From Synechococcus sp. NB0720_010 (GTDB lineage Bacteria > Cyanobacteriota > Cyanobacteriia > PCC-6307 > Cyanobiaceae), in contig NZ_CP090898.1 in NCBI RefSeq assembly GCF_023078835.1, forward strand, positions 784,045 through 808,044: a DNA stretch of 24,000 nt, read 5' to 3'. Position numbers and translations under genes: made by a program. Positions within the stretch are counted from its first letter, which is position 1. Every line of letters starts with the position of its first letter. The notes under the pieces were generated by a model. The model saw nothing but the letters and a program-made list of their open reading frames with translations. It had not been told where the DNA came from and ran no database searches. Below are positions 21,563-24,000 of this stretch, piece by piece.

Positions 21563-22692
21563 AGCGCAGGCTGGCCCTTGCCGTCAGCCTGGTGCTCTCA
21601 GGTCTGTTGGCCTCCATCGCCGTTGAGGCGAAAGAACCAGAGCCCCGGCGGATTGGGGTCTGGCTCACCAACAGCCCAAGCCCGCTGTATTACTCCAAAC
21701 AGCGGATTCAGGAAGCTGTCGAAGAGCTCAGCGTGGCTGGCTTCAACACCCTTTACCCCAACGTCTGGAGCCGCGGCACCACCTTCCACCGCAGTCGCTG
21801 GGCGCCCATGGAGCCCGCCCTGCTGCAGAGCAACCCCAACATCGATCCGATTTGCCGCTTCACCGAAGCCGCCCACCGGCGCGGCCTGCGGGTGATCCCC
21901 TGGTTTGAGTACGGCCTGATGGAGCCGGCGGATGCCGCGGTCGTGCGGCAAAACCCGGAGTGGGTGTTGCAGAACAGCTCCGGCATCAGCACGGTCTCGA
22001 TGCATGGCAAGGAGATGGTCTGGCTCAACCCGGCCCACCCCGGGGTCAAGGAACGGTTCCTGGGGCTGATCGGCGAGATCGTCCAGCGCTGCAAGGTCGA
22101 TGGCATTCAGCTCGATGACCACTTCGCCTGGCCGGTCGAGCTGGGCTACGACCCCTACACCCGAGCGCTCTACCGCCAGGAGACCGGGCAAGAACCGCCC
22201 GAGCTGCACACCGATCGGGCCTGGATGAACTGGAGACGGCGTCAACTCACGGGGCTGCTGCGGGAGCTGCGCCGCACCCTGAAAGACAGCGGCCTGGGGA
22301 GCCCCTACGTCAGCCTCTCCCCCGGCCCCTTCCGGTTTGCCTACAACCATTGGCTCCAGGACTGGGAGATCTGGGCCCTGGGCGGCCTGATCGATGAGCT
22401 GGTGGTGCAGAACTACGCCTATTCCCTCAGGGGGTTTGAGAAGGATCTGCAACAACCTGCCCTGACCAAGGCCAGCAGTTGGGGCATCCCGGTGGAGATC
22501 GGCATCCTTGCGGGCTTTGGCGGACGCACGACGGAGTTCCCCGACCTGAGCGAACGGGTGAAATTGGCCATCGCCCGCGGCCACGGCGTCATCTACTTCT
22601 ATTGGGAGGGGCTGTGGGGAGCCCACGCCGGCCCCGAAGGCGGAGCGCTACGGCGCGAAGGGCTGAAGCGGCTCCACCAGTCCCTGCCCTAG
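21559..22692 (+). CDS. Glycosyl-hydrolase-like 10 (GHL10/DUF187, YddW/YngK-like) family secreted protein
   Basis: The signal peptide reads MKRRLALAVSLVLSGLLASIAVEA. Family-like motifs are IGVWLTN, GFNTLYPNVW, RGLRVIPWFEYG, WLNPAHPGV and VDGIQLDDHF. The GTG start overlaps the prs stop (GTGA at 21559-21562). Confidence 0.8.
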   Translation: MKRRLALAVSLVLSGLLASIAVEAKEPEPRRIGVWLTNSPSPLYYSKQRIQEAVEELSVAGFNTLYPNVWSRGTTFHRSRWAPMEPALLQSNPNIDPICRFTEAAHRRGLRVIPWFEYGLMEPADAAVVRQNPEWVLQNSSGISTVSMHGKEMVWLNPAHPGVKERFLGLIGEIVQRCKVDGIQLDDHFAWPVELGYDPYTRALYRQETGQEPPELHTDRAWMNWRRRQLTGLLRELRRTLKDSGLGSPYVSLSPGPFRFAYNHWLQDWEIWALGGLIDELVVQNYAYSLRGFEKDLQQPALTKASSWGIPVEIGILAGFGGRTTEFPDLSERVKLAIARGHGVIYFYWEGLWGAHAGPEGGALRREGLKRLHQSLP

Positions 22693-24000
22693 GCCGGCTG
22701 CAGGCACTGATCCACCACCTCGCGGCTATTCGGGGACAGCGGCGCCTCGGACAACTGCTTCAACGCTTCGCGCATGCGCTCTGAGCGCTCTGGGCCATAG
22801 CTCTGCCAGCGGCTGAAGACCTTCGCCATCCGCGAGGCGGTAATCGGATTGCGTTGATCCACAGCCGCAATCTGCTCGGCCATGAAGCGATAGCCGCGGC
22901 CATCGGCCCGGTGGAACTGGCTGACGTTGCCGGCAAAACCGCCCAGGACCGCCCGCAGGGAATTCGGTGCCGCCGGGTCGAAGCGCGGGTGTTCCAGCAA
23001 CTGCTGCACCCGGGCCACCCCATCGCCAAAGGGGGTGGCGGCCTCCAGGCCAAACCAGGCATCAAGGATCACGGGCTTGTCCTGCCAGCGGTCGTGGAAG
23101 GCCTGGAGTGCCGCGCTGCGCTCCGGACTCTCAATGGACTGCAGGGCCCGCAGGCCAGCGCGGGCCAGCGTCATCGACGGCCCCGACACCGCCTCGGCGG
23201 CCTCGGCGCGGATGGCCGCATCCCCAGCGGCGACCCGCCAACTCCAGACAGTGGCGGTGAGGTCCCGGTCGCCCACACCCTCCGGCCAGCTCTTTTGCCA
23301 TTGGTTGCGGCAGGAGGCCAAGACCGCCTCCAGGGGATCCTTGAGCTCGTCCCCAAAGCGAGCACGCAGGGCCAAGGCCGCCTCAAACAAGGCCGGCGGA
23401 TCCACCTGGCCCTGTTGAGCGAGGGCCGCATCCTCCAGCTCCGGCAGGCCAGGGAAGGCCATCAAGGCACTGCGGTAGGAATCGCCCAGGTCTCCCTCCA
23501 GCAGGATTCGCTCAAAGGCGGCCACCAGGCCTTCTTCCAGCTCATCGTTGATCGAACCGGCCGCCCGCTCCAGCAGGGCCTGACGCAACAACACCTGGCC
23601 GGCATCCCAGCGGGAGAAGGACTCGCTGTCGCAGGCCAGCAGGTGGAGAAGCTCGTTGGTGGGGCGCTCCATCGCGATGCGAACCGGGGCTGAGAAGCCG
23701 CGGGGCAGTGACACCGCCGGTGGATGGGAGTGGGCCTCCAGCCCGACAAACAGCAGCGACTGCTCTTCGCGATCGATCACAAACAGGCGGCTGGCGCTGC
23801 CCCAGGCAGCGGGCAGTTGCGCGGCGGCCACGTCCTGGGCGTGCTCTCCCGGCAACTGCAGTGGCAGCGGATCGCCGCCCTGGCCCACCAGGCCCAGCAC
23901 CAGGGGAATCACGACTGATTCCTTCTGGAGTTGGCCCGGAGTGGCGGGGGTGGACTGGCGAATCGTCAGCTGCAGGGTGCCGGCATCACCATCCCAGTGG
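22689..24000 (-). CDS. pepN: Aminopeptidase N, C-terminal part (5'-partial; continues beyond the window end)
   Basis: The track ORF starts at an internal GTG (23912), but my hand translation shows the frame stays open to nt 24000 (...HWDGDAGTLQLTIRQSTPATPGQLQKESVVIPLVLGL...). This matches the PepN region around E. coli TLSQRTPATPDQAEKQPLHIPF. The downstream all-helical ERAP1-like C-terminal domain (DSESFSRWDAGQ..., FHRADGRGYRF, NPITASRM) is also PepN-like. Confidence 0.9.
   Translation of the reverse strand, partial: HWDGDAGTLQLTIRQSTPATPGQLQKESVVIPLVLGLVGQGGDPLPLQLPGEHAQDVAAAQLPAAWGSASRLFVIDREEQSLLFVGLEAHSHPPAVSLPRGFSAPVRIAMERPTNELLHLLACDSESFSRWDAGQVLLRQALLERAAGSINDELEEGLVAAFERILLEGDLGDSYRSALMAFPGLPELEDAALAQQGQVDPPALFEAALALRARFGDELKDPLEAVLASCRNQWQKSWPEGVGDRDLTATVWSWRVAAGDAAIRAEAAEAVSGPSMTLARAGLRALQSIESPERSAALQAFHDRWQDKPVILDAWFGLEAATPFGDGVARVQQLLEHPRFDPAAPNSLRAVLGGFAGNVSQFHRADGRGYRFMAEQIAAVDQRNPITASRMAKVFSRWQSYGPERSERMREALKQLSEAPLSPNSREVVDQCLQPA

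Noticed and set aside
1-24000. A search by eye for CRISPR arrays, tRNA/rRNA genes, transposases, integrases, IS inverted repeats or prophage genes that would mark the accessory region's borders.
   Set aside because: I found no regularly spaced direct repeats, no cloverleaf-like conserved tRNA motifs in intergenic gaps (all are under 130 nt), and no ORF with transposase or integrase motifs. The low-GC signal is confined to the giant gene itself.

Overview
This is a high-GC chromosome segment: hand counts of single 60-nt lines outside the giant gene give 37-39 G+C per 60. The gene content (group-2-type sigma-70, FrhB/BciB/HCAR-like Fe-S flavoprotein, RodZ-like protein, MalQ, Prs, PepN, LCP protein) suggests a marine picocyanobacterium such as Synechococcus or Cyanobium, but that is inference only.

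Left half (nt 1 to about 13.5 kb) looks accessory. It holds the last 5.1 kb of a giant, 5'-truncated VCBS/cadherin-like repeat surface-protein gene on the + strand. That gene is strikingly low in GC except for its last ~1 kb. It converges on a tightly packed minus-strand gene string: (sigma factor) - degenerate parvulin-like protein - cNMP-like/C39-like/ABC exporter - HlyD-family adaptor - small unknown protein - MotA/ExbB-family channel protein with a ~175-aa C-terminal helical tail - two ExbD/TolR-like paralogs - secreted HExxH protein.

The most interesting signal in the window is this combination: a type I secretion core, an ion-channel stator-like module, and the convergent giant protein. 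I do not recognise it as a described system. I flag it as a candidate ion-motive-force-coupled cell-surface machine; this is a hypothesis only.

Right half (13.5-24 kb) is ordinary housekeeping: sigma factor, pseudouridine synthase, RodZ-like protein, malQ, FrhB-family protein, LCP protein, prs, GHL10 hydrolase-like protein and pepN (5'-truncated by the window end).

I recognised no rRNA, tRNA, CRISPR array, transposase or integrase. Many long ORFs in the track are antisense artefacts of high-GC genes and were rejected.
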